Assembly (NCBI GenBank): GCA_030524585.1
Contig: JAUNGJ010000002.1
Coordinates: 20,406 to 84,405 of the forward strand
DNA length: 64,000 nucleotides
Direction: 5' to 3'
DNA from: Eubacteriales bacterium
Lineage (GTDB): Bacteria; Bacillota; Clostridia; Lachnospirales; Lachnospiraceae
The notes below the pieces were generated by a model. It did no database searches. It worked only from the letters and a program-made list of their open reading frames with translations, and was not told the origin of the DNA. This document shows, in pieces, positions 10,189 to 20,326 of this stretch; position 1 is the stretch's first letter, and each line of letters starts with the position of its first letter. The translations under genes and the position numbers were made by a program.

Positions 10189-13100
10189 ATGACAGGAGAA
10201 CCAAAGAAAAGGCAGACACTTTTTGTAGGGGTGGATGTGGGTTCCACTACGACGAAAGTGGCTGTCATTGATGAAAAAGAAATTATTTATTCAGAGTACA
10301 AACGACACAATGCCAATCAGGTACAAAGCGTAAGGGAGGCGCTGCTGCGGCTGGCGGAATTGTTTCCGGACCGGCAGATGCGGGCTGCGATGACAGGCTC
10401 CGGCGCAAAGCCAGTTGCGGAGACCCTGCAGGTTCCTTTTATTCAGGAGGTTGTTGCAAATTCCATTGCGCTGCGGGAAAAATACCCACATGTGCATACC
10501 GCCATTGAGCTTGGCGGGCAGGATGCCAAAATTATTTTCTTTCAGGAGAAGGAAGAAGACGGAAGTCTGAATGTCTCAGATATGCGTATGAATGGAAGCT
10601 GTGCGGGAGGAACAGGAGCTTTTATTGATGAGATTGCGACGATCTTAAAGGTTCCGGTAGAAGAGTTCAACGCACTGGCAGCGGAGGGAAACTGCGTATA
10701 TGACATTTCCGGGCGCTGCGGTGTCTATGCCAAAACGGATATACAGCCACTGCTCAATCAGGGGGTGGCTAAATCGGATTTGGCGCTGTCGTCTTTCCAT
10801 GCAATTGCAAAGCAGACGATCGGCGGACTTGCACAGGGGCTGGATATTGAAAAGCCGGTAGCTTTTGAGGGAGGACCGCTGACATTCAACCCTATGCTGG
10901 TGAAAGTCTTTGCCAAGCGGCTGGGGCTTTCCGGGGAGGATATTATTCTTCCTGACCATCCGGAGATTATGATTGCATATGGAGCAGCCCTCTCTCTTGG
11001 AAGCATGTTTGAAGGGGAGGGGCAGAGCTTTCTGGCAGAGGAGCTCGCAGAGAAGCTGACAGAAGAACATCGAAGGAAGGCAGGCGGGTCAGAGGACCGG
11101 GAACGGCCGTTTTTCGCATCGCAGGAGGAACGGACAGCCTTTATGGAGCGGCATAAGCTTCCGCCTGAAAAGAAGGTGATTCCGGAACCTGGGCAGATCG
11201 TACGCGCCTATCTTGGAATTGATTCCGGCAGTACGACCACAAAGTTTGTGCTGATGGATGAAGAGGAACAGATTCTGGAGTCCTTTTACGCGCCGAATGA
11301 GGGAGAGCCTCTGCAGGTGGCGAAGAATGCATTGCTTGGGATTCGGGAACGGTACCGGAAGGCAGGAGCAGAGCTGGAGATCATTGCCGCAGGTACGACA
11401 GGCTATGGCGAACTGCTTTTTGCCAAAGCATTTCAGACCGAGTGCCATGTGGTGGAGACCGTTGCCCATGCCCGTGCGGCAGGAAAATATGTGGGAGATG
11501 CTTCTTTTATTCTGGATATCGGCGGACAGGATATGAAGGCAATCTGGCTGGATCAGGGCATTATCACGAATATCGTGGTGAACGAAGCATGTTCCTCCGG
11601 CTGCGGTTCGTTTCTGGAAAATTTTGCCGCGACCTTACATATTCCGGTGAAACAGATCGCAGAGGCGGCCTTCTCCTCCGAAAATCCGGCCGCGCTGGGA
11701 AGCCGCTGTACCGTATTTATGAACAGCAGCATCATTACGGAGCAGAGAAATGGCAGATCGCCGGAGGATATTATGGCAGGACTCTGCCGTTCGATCATTG
11801 AAAATGTATTTACAAAGGTAATCCGGATCTCCAATTTGGACAGTCTGGGCGATAAGATCGTGGTACAGGGAGGAACTTTCCAGAACGATGCGGTGCTTCG
11901 CGCCATGGAGCAGTATATGGGAATGGAGGTTGTGAGGGCGCCGTATCCCGGAATTATGGGGGCGATCGGAGTTGCACTGATTACGAAAGAACGGTTTCAA
12001 AAAGGTGAGGGAAAGAGGACCTTTATTGGACTGGATGCGCTGGATGAATTTTCCTATACTCAGGATGCAAATTCCATCTGTCCGTTTTGTGCAAATCACT
12101 GTAAACGGACGATTGTCCGGTTTTCAAATGGAAATTGCTGGATTACCAATAACCGCTGTGAGCGGGGAGAAATACTGGGCGATCCGAAGGATGCGAATGT
12201 GCATCTTCAGCTAAAGGAAACGAAGAAGAAAAAAGATCAGATCCCGAATCTGTTTCGGACAAGAGAGTCGCTTCTGATGCGGGAGTATCCCTATCCGGCG
12301 CTGGAACCTCAGAAGGATATTACGATCGGAATTCCCCGGGTCCTTTCCTTCTGGGAAACGATGCCCTTCTGGACCGTTTTCTGGAAAGCCCTTGGATTTC
12401 GAGTAAAAATATCTCCGGACAGCACGCGGAGCATATACGAAGATGGCCTGTCGGCGGTCACCTCAGATACGGTCTGCTTCCCGGCAAAGCTGGTGCACGG
12501 ACATATCCGGAGTCTTATAAAGAGTGGTGTGGACCGTATCTTTATGCCGTCGATTACAACGGTTGCTTCGGAAAATACAGAAAAGACCAGTCAGTCTATG
12601 TGTGCGGTCGTGAAGGGATACCCGATCGTTGTGCGGAATTCGGACAATCCGCAGAAGCGCTGGGATGTTCCCTTTGACGCGCCGCTGTTCCACTGGTATA
12701 CCAGGGAAGACCGGGACAGGCAGCTGATTGATTATATGAAAGAGACCTTCCAGATACCGGCGGAGCATACCCGTAAGGCCATGGAGGCAGCGGATGCAGC
12801 CCAGGAGACCTTTCACAGAGAGCTCCTGGAAGCGGGACAGAAGGTCTGCGAGGATGTGAAAGCAAGAGGAACCTATGCGGTGGTGCTGGCTTCCCGTCCC
12901 TATCAGAATGATGCGCTGGTAAACCATGACCTGCCGGAAATGTTTACCAGACTTGGGATTCCGGTATTGACCGCGGACTCTCTGCCGGAAGCAAATCAGG
13001 TGGACTTGAGTCAGAGCCGTCTGGATGTTGTGAATAACTATCATGCCCGTATGCTTTCTTCGGCAATTCTTTCAGCCCGGGCAGACTACCTGGAATATGT

Positions 13101-14553
13101 GCAGATTGTAAGCTTTGGGTGTGGACATGATGCCTATCTTTCGGATGAGATTATTCGTCTGATGAAAGAGATTTCCGGGAAGACCCCGTTAGTTCTGAAA
13201 GTAGATGAAAGCGATATTCAGGGGCCGCTGCGCATCCGGGTACGGTCCTTTACGGAAACCATAGCTATGCGAAGGGATGAGAAGCGGGAGCTTTGTGTGC
13301 ATCCGCTCAGTGACCCCTATCCGGTGAAATTTGAGAAGGAGTCCCGGAAAGAGAAGATTGTTCTTATGCCGAATACCTCCCACGCCTTCAGCCGTGTGAT
13401 GTCGGCAGTATTTGCCAAACAGGGCATACGGACAGAATCCCTGGAGATTGGACGGGAGGAGGCGATCCGCCTGGGAAAGCAGTATGTGCATAATGACATC
13501 TGTTTTCCGGCACAGATCGTGATCGGAGAAGCGCTGGCGGCACTTCGGAGCGGAAAGTACGATGACAGAGAAGTGGCGATCGGTATGGGAAAATATGTGG
13601 GCGACTGCCGTCTGACCCATTATAGTGCGCTGCTTCGCAAGGCCCTTGATGATGCAGGGTATCCCCACGTCCCGATTATTACAAATGATGATGAAGACTA
13701 TCATAACATCCATCCGGGATTCCGGATGAGTCTGCCTTCAGCCATGCGGATTGCATTTGCACTTCCCATGATTGATGTGCTTGAGGAGCTGCTTCGGAAG
13801 ATCCGCCCGTACGAGCGGAAGCAGGGAAGCGCCAACCAGGCCTTTGAACGGGCGATGGATGCGGTGATTGACGGATTGCAGGAGCATGGAATCCAGGGAG
13901 CGCGCCGGGGATTTGAAAAGGCAGTTGAGATCATGAAGGATGTGGACTATGACAGATCCCACCCGAAGCCGAGGGTACTGATCGTGGGAGAGTATCTTCT
14001 GAACTTTCATCCGGGTGCGAACCATGATATTGAAGATTATCTGGAACGGAATGGCTTTGAAGTAATCGAAGCGCGTATGACGGATGTAATCCGTAAGACC
14101 TATTTTTATCAGAATGCGCAGATTAAGGAATATCACCTGAAGAAGCCGGCTTCAAAGAAGCTGTGGTTTGGCAGTACGGAGATATTCTTTAATATGGCCC
14201 ATGACATGACTGACGGTATTGCGAAGGCCCATCCTCTGTATACGCCGGCATGCCGTATGCAGGAGCTGGTAAAAGAAAGCGACTCCATTATACATCATAC
14301 CTTTGATGCGGGGGAAGGAGTACTGATTCCGGGAGAAATCCTGCATCATGCAAAACAGGGGTGCCGTGCATTTGTAATTCTCCAGCCCTTTGGATGCCTG
14401 CCAAACCATGTGGTCGGACGGGGAATTGCAAAGAGGCTGAAAGAGCTGTATCCAGACGCCCAGATTCTGCCATTGGACTATGATCCGGACGTAAGCTTTG
14501 CCAATATTGAGAATCGGCTGCAGATGCTGATCATGAGTCAGAAAGGTGTTTAG
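10189..14553 (+). CDS. Fused BCR/HAD-family protein: two activase ATPase repeats plus a dehydratase-like (HGD-D/DUF2229-type) region; resembles a fused PlsA-PlsR anaerobic plasmalogen synthase
   Basis: Two BcrAD/BadFG-type repeats (GVDVGSTTTK...MNGSCAGGTGAF and GIDSGSTTTK...VNEACSSGCGSF). Cys-rich linker CPFCANHCKRTIVRFSNGNCWITNNRCERG. A C-terminal region of about 750 aa. SD AGGAG upstream. Confidence 0.8.
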   Translation: MTGEPKKRQTLFVGVDVGSTTTKVAVIDEKEIIYSEYKRHNANQVQSVREALLRLAELFPDRQMRAAMTGSGAKPVAETLQVPFIQEVVANSIALREKYPHVHTAIELGGQDAKIIFFQEKEEDGSLNVSDMRMNGSCAGGTGAFIDEIATILKVPVEEFNALAAEGNCVYDISGRCGVYAKTDIQPLLNQGVAKSDLALSSFHAIAKQTIGGLAQGLDIEKPVAFEGGPLTFNPMLVKVFAKRLGLSGEDIILPDHPEIMIAYGAALSLGSMFEGEGQSFLAEELAEKLTEEHRRKAGGSEDRERPFFASQEERTAFMERHKLPPEKKVIPEPGQIVRAYLGIDSGSTTTKFVLMDEEEQILESFYAPNEGEPLQVAKNALLGIRERYRKAGAELEIIAAGTTGYGELLFAKAFQTECHVVETVAHARAAGKYVGDASFILDIGGQDMKAIWLDQGIITNIVVNEACSSGCGSFLENFAATLHIPVKQIAEAAFSSENPAALGSRCTVFMNSSIITEQRNGRSPEDIMAGLCRSIIENVFTKVIRISNLDSLGDKIVVQGGTFQNDAVLRAMEQYMGMEVVRAPYPGIMGAIGVALITKERFQKGEGKRTFIGLDALDEFSYTQDANSICPFCANHCKRTIVRFSNGNCWITNNRCERGEILGDPKDANVHLQLKETKKKKDQIPNLFRTRESLLMREYPYPALEPQKDITIGIPRVLSFWETMPFWTVFWKALGFRVKISPDSTRSIYEDGLSAVTSDTVCFPAKLVHGHIRSLIKSGVDRIFMPSITTVASENTEKTSQSMCAVVKGYPIVVRNSDNPQKRWDVPFDAPLFHWYTREDRDRQLIDYMKETFQIPAEHTRKAMEAADAAQETFHRELLEAGQKVCEDVKARGTYAVVLASRPYQNDALVNHDLPEMFTRLGIPVLTADSLPEANQVDLSQSRLDVVNNYHARMLSSAILSARADYLEYVQIVSFGCGHDAYLSDEIIRLMKEISGKTPLVLKVDESDIQGPLRIRVRSFTETIAMRRDEKRELCVHPLSDPYPVKFEKESRKEKIVLMPNTSHAFSRVMSAVFAKQGIRTESLEIGREEAIRLGKQYVHNDICFPAQIVIGEALAALRSGKYDDREVAIGMGKYVGDCRLTHYSALLRKALDDAGYPHVPIITNDDEDYHNIHPGFRMSLPSAMRIAFALPMIDVLEELLRKIRPYERKQGSANQAFERAMDAVIDGLQEHGIQGARRGFEKAVEIMKDVDYDRSHPKPRVLIVGEYLLNFHPGANHDIEDYLERNGFEVIEARMTDVIRKTYFYQNAQIKEYHLKKPASKKLWFGSTEIFFNMAHDMTDGIAKAHPLYTPACRMQELVKESDSIIHHTFDAGEGVLIPGEILHHAKQGCRAFVILQPFGCLPNHVVGRGIAKRLKELYPDAQILPLDYDPDVSFANIENRLQMLIMSQKGV

Positions 14554-14555
14554 CA

Positions 14556-15368
14556 ATGAATGAGAAAACAATTGGAGAACTGTCCCGGTTTACGGGGGTA
14601 TCGGTTCACACAATAAAATATTATGAGAAGATCGGCCTTCTTTCTTCCAGCAGAAAGGAACATTCCAATTACCGCTCCTACAACGTAAGAAACTGTATGG
14701 GAATATATGAATGTATGAAGTACCGGAATATGGAATTTTCCCTGAAGGATATGGCAGTACTTTTAAAGGAGGCGGACAGCGGACGGCTTCAGCAGATGAT
14801 GGAGGCGCGAAGTGCGGAGCTGGACCATGAAATACGGCGTCTTCAGAAGATAAAAGGAAAAGTGGACGGCTACCGGAAGGAGCTGGCGGATTTCGACGAA
14901 CGGCTGGGGCAATGGTATATTGAACAGATACCGGATTTCTTTTTTAGAAAACAGACGAATCAGCTGGAATATGGAGACAATGGCGAGGTGGAGATGAATG
15001 GAATTAACCTTGCCGAGGATGAGCCTGAGAGTAAGGCCACGGTGTATTTGAGCCGGGACTACCTCAATGGAGGCGGTGTGGATTATGCCTGGGGAATCGG
15101 GAAATTTGCGGCGTCGGATGAGCAGGAGTATTCCCGCTTAAAGCAGGCTGGACTTACACATATAGGACGAACAAGAGCTTTTGTTCTGTATGAGAGATTT
15201 GCCGGACAGTATGTGTCGAATGGTGAAATGGCGGCGGTTCTTCGGAAGAGATTCGGAGAATATGGGGCGGAATTTCCAGGAGATGCCTATGGAATCTGCC
15301 TGAAAATTGTCCATGACCAGCAGGAAAATGAATGGCAGTATATGAAAATATTTATTCCCCTTGGGTAA
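14556..15368 (+). CDS. MerR-family transcriptional regulator with a C-terminal effector-binding domain
   Basis: N-terminal HTH IGELSRFTGVSVHTIKYYEKIGLL. The start is 3 nt after the stop of the upstream gene. Confidence 0.85.
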   Translation: MNEKTIGELSRFTGVSVHTIKYYEKIGLLSSSRKEHSNYRSYNVRNCMGIYECMKYRNMEFSLKDMAVLLKEADSGRLQQMMEARSAELDHEIRRLQKIKGKVDGYRKELADFDERLGQWYIEQIPDFFFRKQTNQLEYGDNGEVEMNGINLAEDEPESKATVYLSRDYLNGGGVDYAWGIGKFAASDEQEYSRLKQAGLTHIGRTRAFVLYERFAGQYVSNGEMAAVLRKRFGEYGAEFPGDAYGICLKIVHDQQENEWQYMKIFIPLG

Positions 15369-15380
15369 ACAGTACCGGAG

Positions 15381-15413
15381 GCAACATGAGAGCAGCACTC
15401 ATGTTGCTTTTTT
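15381..15413 (+). terminator. Intrinsic terminator
   Basis: Perfect 10-bp stem GCAACATGAG/CTCATGTTGC, 7-nt loop, then TTTTTT. Confidence 0.85.
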
Positions 15414-15547
15414 CATGCTAAGATGCTCCGTTGACGCGTCCTTTTTGCTTAAAAATAGTCAATTATTTAACAATAAAACGGCATGATTTATAGAAAAAAT
15501 AAATGTAAACAGGCTAAATATATGTGAAAAACGGCATAATTAAGGGC

Positions 15548-15576
15548 TTGACCTGAAAGCTGGACTTAGTTATATA
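15548..15576 (+). promoter_or_regulatory. Candidate sigma-A promoter for the hydrolase/GntP genes
   Basis: TTGACC, 17-nt spacer, TATATA. Confidence 0.45.
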
Positions 15577-15622
15577 CTTAACAATGTAGTGAATGGACGG
15601 AATAGATAAAGGAGGTTATGTT

Positions 15623-16603
15623 GTGAGTTTTATTTCGAACAGAGAGGCATTTCTTGCAAATGAACCGGAGATTGACGTGAATCAGTTTGTAAAGGCTGAG
15701 TTAGACCTGCCTTATGCGGACGAATCACCGAACCAGATTCTGGATGTCTGGTATCCGGAAGATGGAGAGGGGCCGTATCCGCTGGTTATACTTTTTCACG
15801 GCGGAGCATTTGCAATGGGACATAAAAGAAGCCACTACATCGCATCGATGGCAAAGCCTGTGCTGCAGGGTTATGCGGTGGCGACGGTGGAGTACCGGCT
15901 TTATACAGAGGCCAGATGGCCGGCACAGCTGATTGACGGGAAAGCGGCAATCCGCTATCTCCGTGCGAACGCCGGGAAACTGAATCTGGATGCAGACCGG
16001 TTTGCGGTCTGGGGAAATTCGGCGGGCGGCTGTGTGACACAGCTTCTGGCTACATCCGGAGACCGTCCGGAGTGTGATGATCTGACGGTGGGAGTTCAGG
16101 CTTCCAGCCGGGTTCAGGCGGCGATTGCATGGTATTCTATCAATGAGCTGGTAAGCTGTGAGCAGTTTGGAATGGACATTGCAGAAAGGCGGAATGCGAC
16201 AGGAGCCGGAAAGGGCATGATGCCGAATGACGGAAAGGGAAGTACTTCCATGTTTACGGAACTGCTGGGATATGAGCCGCTGCTGTATCCGGACCGTACG
16301 GTAAAGGCAAGTCCGATTACTTATGTGGATGAGACCTGTCCGCCGATGCTGCTACAGCATGGAACAAATGATATGATCGTGGACTATCATCAATCCGTGT
16401 ATATGTACGATAAGGTGGCGAAGATATGCGGGAAAGACCGGGTAATGCTGGATTTATTTGAGGGAGAGTCCCATGGCTCTGCAAAAATCAAGTCCGATGA
16501 GAATATCAGCAGATGTATCGATTTTCTGGATCAGGTTTTATGGGAGGGGAAGAATCCTTACCGCAAACCTCTTGGAGAGCTTCGCATTGCAGGGAAAAAT
16601 TAA
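15623..16603 (+). CDS. Alpha/beta hydrolase (esterase/lipase family)
   Basis: Oxyanion motif HGGAF and nucleophile elbow GNSAGG. The GTG at 15623 lies 7 nt after SD AAAGGAGG, so I prefer it to the track start at 15593. Confidence 0.8.
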   Translation: MSFISNREAFLANEPEIDVNQFVKAELDLPYADESPNQILDVWYPEDGEGPYPLVILFHGGAFAMGHKRSHYIASMAKPVLQGYAVATVEYRLYTEARWPAQLIDGKAAIRYLRANAGKLNLDADRFAVWGNSAGGCVTQLLATSGDRPECDDLTVGVQASSRVQAAIAWYSINELVSCEQFGMDIAERRNATGAGKGMMPNDGKGSTSMFTELLGYEPLLYPDRTVKASPITYVDETCPPMLLQHGTNDMIVDYHQSVYMYDKVAKICGKDRVMLDLFEGESHGSAKIKSDENISRCIDFLDQVLWEGKNPYRKPLGELRIAGKN

Positions 16604-16633
16604 GTTTATAAAAAAAGAAAAGGAGAGAGCATC

Positions 16634-17962
16634 ATGGCAACAACAATTTCTGTTATCGGTCTTCTTCTTGCGGCGGTAATTTTTATCGTTGTAGTATGGA
16701 AGGGACTTGATATATTTACATCTACCATTCTGGTTTCGTTTATCATCATTCTGTCAAGCTGGATGAACTGGTGGGAGGCGCTGACAAATTATACGGGCGG
16801 CTACTGCGGATTTATCGGAAGCCAGATTTTTGTGCTGGTTATCGGAGCGGTCTTCGGCGAACTGATGGGCGTTTCCGGAGCTGCAGAAGCAATCGCAAAC
16901 TGTATTACGGAAAAACTTGGCGTGAAAAATGTAATTTTATCAATTACCGTTATTTCTACCGTATTTGTATATGTGGGCATTTCCGGTTTCGTAGTACTGT
17001 TTGTCATTGCTCCGATTGCAACGGTAATGATGAAGCGTGCAGGATATGCTTACCGTATGATCCCGGGTATCATCTTTATCGGCGCTACCTGTTCGGCAAT
17101 GCTTCCTTATGCGATTAACGTAACCAACACGATTCCGGCGGCAATCATCGCAGAACAGCTTCCGGGAGAGCCGGTGTCTCTTGGTTCTGCGCCGCTGCTT
17201 GGTGTCGTGGCCTTTGTGGTATCTACCTGCGTAGGATATTTCTATATGGTGCATGCGGCGAAGAAAACTGCGGTAAAAGAAGGAACTGTAGTAGATGACA
17301 CACAGCCGGTAAAGATCGTGCCGACCCGAGATGATCTTCCATCCGTAGGCATTGCGCTGATTCCTTTCGTGGCAGTAGTTGTGCTTGTGCTGGCAATTTC
17401 CAACCTGACGGCAATGGATGCAAATGCGGTGGTTGTTCTGGCGCTGTTTGTCGGAAGCGCGCTTCTGGTTCTTCTCTGCCGCAGGCAGATCGGAGAGAAG
17501 CTGAAAGAAACGATTGCAAAAGGTGTTAATAACGGCGTCGGAGCGACGGTTATGGCAGCGGCGATCATCGGCTTTTCAACGGTGCTTCAGAACTCCATCG
17601 GCTTTGAGGCAATCAAGAACTGGGTTTTGGATTTCAACATGAATCCATATATTACAGAGTTCCTGGGCCTGAACATTCTGGCAGGTATTATGGGAAGCGG
17701 TACGGCAGCAGTACAGACCTTCTTCCAGTTCTTTACCACGTCGCTGGTAGATAAGGGCGCAAGTTCGGCGGCATTACACCGTCTTGCACCGGCAGCGGTA
17801 ACCGGTATGAATACGCTTCCGAATGCGGGAGGTATGGTTGCCCAGCTGAACTGGATGGGAATCTCTCTGAAAGACGGATACTGGTATGTATTTGTAACTT
17901 CTGTTCTTGCGCCGATCGTGGGTGCGTTTGCAGCCTGCATTTTGGCAATGATCATGTATTAA
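16634..17962 (+). CDS. GntP-family (gluconate/organic-acid:H+) permease-like transporter
   Basis: About 12 TM helices. Segment FGELMGVSGAAEAIANCITEKLG resembles the GntT motif G..MEESGGAERIA..L...FG. Confidence 0.55.
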   Translation: MATTISVIGLLLAAVIFIVVVWKGLDIFTSTILVSFIIILSSWMNWWEALTNYTGGYCGFIGSQIFVLVIGAVFGELMGVSGAAEAIANCITEKLGVKNVILSITVISTVFVYVGISGFVVLFVIAPIATVMMKRAGYAYRMIPGIIFIGATCSAMLPYAINVTNTIPAAIIAEQLPGEPVSLGSAPLLGVVAFVVSTCVGYFYMVHAAKKTAVKEGTVVDDTQPVKIVPTRDDLPSVGIALIPFVAVVVLVLAISNLTAMDANAVVVLALFVGSALLVLLCRRQIGEKLKETIAKGVNNGVGATVMAAAIIGFSTVLQNSIGFEAIKNWVLDFNMNPYITEFLGLNILAGIMGSGTAAVQTFFQFFTTSLVDKGASSAALHRLAPAAVTGMNTLPNAGGMVAQLNWMGISLKDGYWYVFVTSVLAPIVGAFAACILAMIMY

Positions 17963-17987
17963 AAGAGAATAAAAACTATATAAAAAT

Positions 17988-18022
17988 GCCTTTGCAGAAA
18001 ATCATCTGTAAGGGTATTTTTA
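17988..18022 (+). terminator. Intrinsic terminator
   Basis: 11-bp stem GCCTTTGCAGA/TCTGTAAGGGT (includes G-U pairs), 6-nt loop, then ATTTTTA. Confidence 0.6.
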
Positions 18023-18187
18023 TGCCTTAGTGTGCGAAGAGACGCGCCGGTGACGCAGCTTCTGCAGGTGGGAAAAACCGGATTTCCATAAGATAAAAAT
18101 ATGGACGAAACTTAGGATATATATTATACTTATTGAGCACCTATGTTCGGTAAGTATCTTGGAAGAGCATAGCAGCGGAAACAGAGG

Positions 18188-19522
18188 ATGAGGTATGTTA
18201 TGAGAAAGAGAGAATCATTTAGTTCGAAGTGGGGATTTATTCTGGCCTGTATCGGCTCGGCAGTGGGAATGGGAAATATCTGGATGTTTCCGACCAGAGT
18301 ATCGCTATATGGAGGAGGATCTTTTATCATTCCCTATTTTATTTTTGTGATTTTCATTGGGTCAACTGGAATTATCGGCGAGATGAGCTTTGGACGCGGA
18401 ATGCGGTCCGGACCTGTCGGGGCATTTGGCGCGGCCTGTGAAAGAAGGGGGAAGCGGGGAGCCGGCGAGGCAATCGGATTGATTCCGGTGTTGGGATCCT
18501 TAGCGATGGCGATCGGATATACAGTGGTTTTGGGATGGATACTGAAGTATACGGTAGGAACCTTTACAGGAGCTACACTTGCGGGGAATAATGTGGATGA
18601 GTTTGGCGCGGCGTTTGGCAGTATGGCGTCTGCGTTTGGTAATAACGGCTGGCTGCTTGCGGCCCTTGCTGTGGGAATGGTCATTCTTATGCTGGGTGTG
18701 GGAAGCGGAATCGAGAAAGCGAATAAGATTATGATGCCGGTCTTCTTTGTGCTATTTGTGATTCTGGGAATTTATGTTTGTTTCCAGCCGGGGGCGGCAG
18801 ATGGATACCGGTATATTTTCCGGGTAGATATGAAAAGTCTCACAGATCCGGTTACATGGATCTATGCGTTGGGGCAGGCGTTTTTCTCACTGTCTATTGC
18901 AGGAAACGGAACTCTGATCTATGGCTCCTATCTTTCCGACGATGAGAATATTCCGGCATCTGCCGGACGGGTGGCTCTGTTTGATACCCTTGCGGCGATG
19001 CTTGCGGCCCTGGTGATCATTCCGGCTATGGCAACGACGGGAAGCCAACTGAATCAGGGAGGCCCTGGGCTGATGTTTATATTCCTGCCCAATTTGTTCA
19101 AATCGATGCCGGGAGGCTGGCTTGTAGCGGTCATTTTCTTTGTGGCGGTTCTGTTTGCAGGAATATCGTCTTTGATCAACCTTTATGAAGCGCCGATTGC
19201 GACCGTACAGGAGAAGCTGGGTCTTGGCCGTGTGCAGGCCTGCGCGGCGGTCGGAATCTTCAGCGCAGTGGTGGCAGTATGTATTCAGGGCATTGTCTCA
19301 GGCTGGATGGATGTTCTGTCCATTTATATCTGTCCGCTGGGAGCCGGTCTTGCCGCAATCATGTTTTTCTGGGTATGCGGAAAGGACTATGTGGAGCGGC
19401 AGGTAAACAAGGGGAGAGAGAAGCCTTTTACGGATAAGTTTTATCCACTTTGTAAATACATATTCTGTCCGCTGTGTTTTCTGGTATTGATACTGGGAAT
19501 CATCATGGGAGGAATCGGTTAG
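18188..19522 (+). CDS. Sodium-dependent transporter, neurotransmitter:sodium symporter (SNF) family
   Basis: N-terminal signature WGFILACIGSAVGMGNIWMFP and about 11-12 TM helices. An alternative start at ATG 18200 is possible. Confidence 0.85.
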   Translation: MRYVMRKRESFSSKWGFILACIGSAVGMGNIWMFPTRVSLYGGGSFIIPYFIFVIFIGSTGIIGEMSFGRGMRSGPVGAFGAACERRGKRGAGEAIGLIPVLGSLAMAIGYTVVLGWILKYTVGTFTGATLAGNNVDEFGAAFGSMASAFGNNGWLLAALAVGMVILMLGVGSGIEKANKIMMPVFFVLFVILGIYVCFQPGAADGYRYIFRVDMKSLTDPVTWIYALGQAFFSLSIAGNGTLIYGSYLSDDENIPASAGRVALFDTLAAMLAALVIIPAMATTGSQLNQGGPGLMFIFLPNLFKSMPGGWLVAVIFFVAVLFAGISSLINLYEAPIATVQEKLGLGRVQACAAVGIFSAVVAVCIQGIVSGWMDVLSIYICPLGAGLAAIMFFWVCGKDYVERQVNKGREKPFTDKFYPLCKYIFCPLCFLVLILGIIMGGIG

Positions 19523-19562
19523 ATAAAATTAGGAAGTATTCTGTTGATTGGGGGCTTGAATA

Positions 19563-20228
19563 ATGAAGCAGAAGAAACAGATGTCAGAATCCATTCGCCT
19601 TGGCGTACTCTTGGCAGTATCGGGCGGCTTTATGGATGCGTATTCTTATATAGAGAGGGAGCATGTGTTTGCAAATGCACAGACTGGGAATATGCTGCTG
19701 TTTGGAGTGAATCTTTCGGAAGGAAACTTTGCAGCGGCAGCGCGCTACTTTTTCCCGGTATTTGCATTTGCGCTGGGGATTGCGCTGGCAGAACTGGTAC
19801 ATATGAAAGAACCGGAATTGCTGCACTGGAGGCAGATCATAGTTCTGGCCGAGGCGCTGATTCTTGTAGCCGTCAGTTTTTTTCCGCAGAGTATGAATAT
19901 GCCGGCGAATGCACTGACGTCATTTGCCTGTGGTATTCAGGTTGAAGGGTTTCGCAAAATCCGTGGAAATGGCATCGCTACCACAATGTGTATTGGAAAT
20001 CTCAGGAGCGGCACCCAGAAATTCTGTGACTTTCTTCATAGGAGAGACTATGAGGCGCTGAAAAGTGCGGCGCTCTATTACGGGATTATCATCTGCTTTG
20101 TAATCGGGGCGGTTCTGGGGAATTTTGTGATACGGCTGCTTCATGAAAAAGCAATCCTTTGCTGCTCTGTTATATTGATTTTTGTATTTCTCCTTATGTT
20201 TATTGATTATGAGCATGACCGGCTGTAA
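19563..20228 (+). CDS. YoaK/DUF1275-family membrane protein
   Basis: Motif GGFMDAYSY...FANAQTGN and six predicted TM helices. Confidence 0.7.
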   Translation: MKQKKQMSESIRLGVLLAVSGGFMDAYSYIEREHVFANAQTGNMLLFGVNLSEGNFAAAARYFFPVFAFALGIALAELVHMKEPELLHWRQIIVLAEALILVAVSFFPQSMNMPANALTSFACGIQVEGFRKIRGNGIATTMCIGNLRSGTQKFCDFLHRRDYEALKSAALYYGIIICFVIGAVLGNFVIRLLHEKAILCCSVILIFVFLLMFIDYEHDRL

Positions 20229-20246
20229 AATAGCCGGTCTTTTTTT
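20217..20246 (+). terminator. Intrinsic terminator
   Basis: Stem GACCGGCT/AGCCGGTC followed by TTTTTTT; it overlaps the stop codon. Confidence 0.8.
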
Positions 20247-20294
20247 CGACTCTAATCCTTTCATGGGATGTAAGTATTTTTGTGATTTGCCATG

Positions 20295-20303
20295 TGCTAA
20301 AAT
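20295..20303 (+). promoter_or_regulatory. Extended -10 element (TGcTAAAAT) upstream of the Bce-type ABC genes
   Basis: TGCTAAAAT with a poor -35, which would fit an activator-dependent promoter. It lies inside the 5' extension of track ORF 20282. Confidence 0.3.
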
Positions 20304-20326
20304 GGGATCAGAACATAAAGGAGGTT

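Noticed and set aside
20263-20308. Direct repeat ATGGGAT (20263-20269 and 20302-20308) upstream of the Bce-type ABC genes, considered as a BceR-like binding site.
   Set aside because: The copies are 39 bp apart and the second overlaps the -10/+1 region. That does not fit known BceR-type inverted-repeat sites located upstream of the -35.
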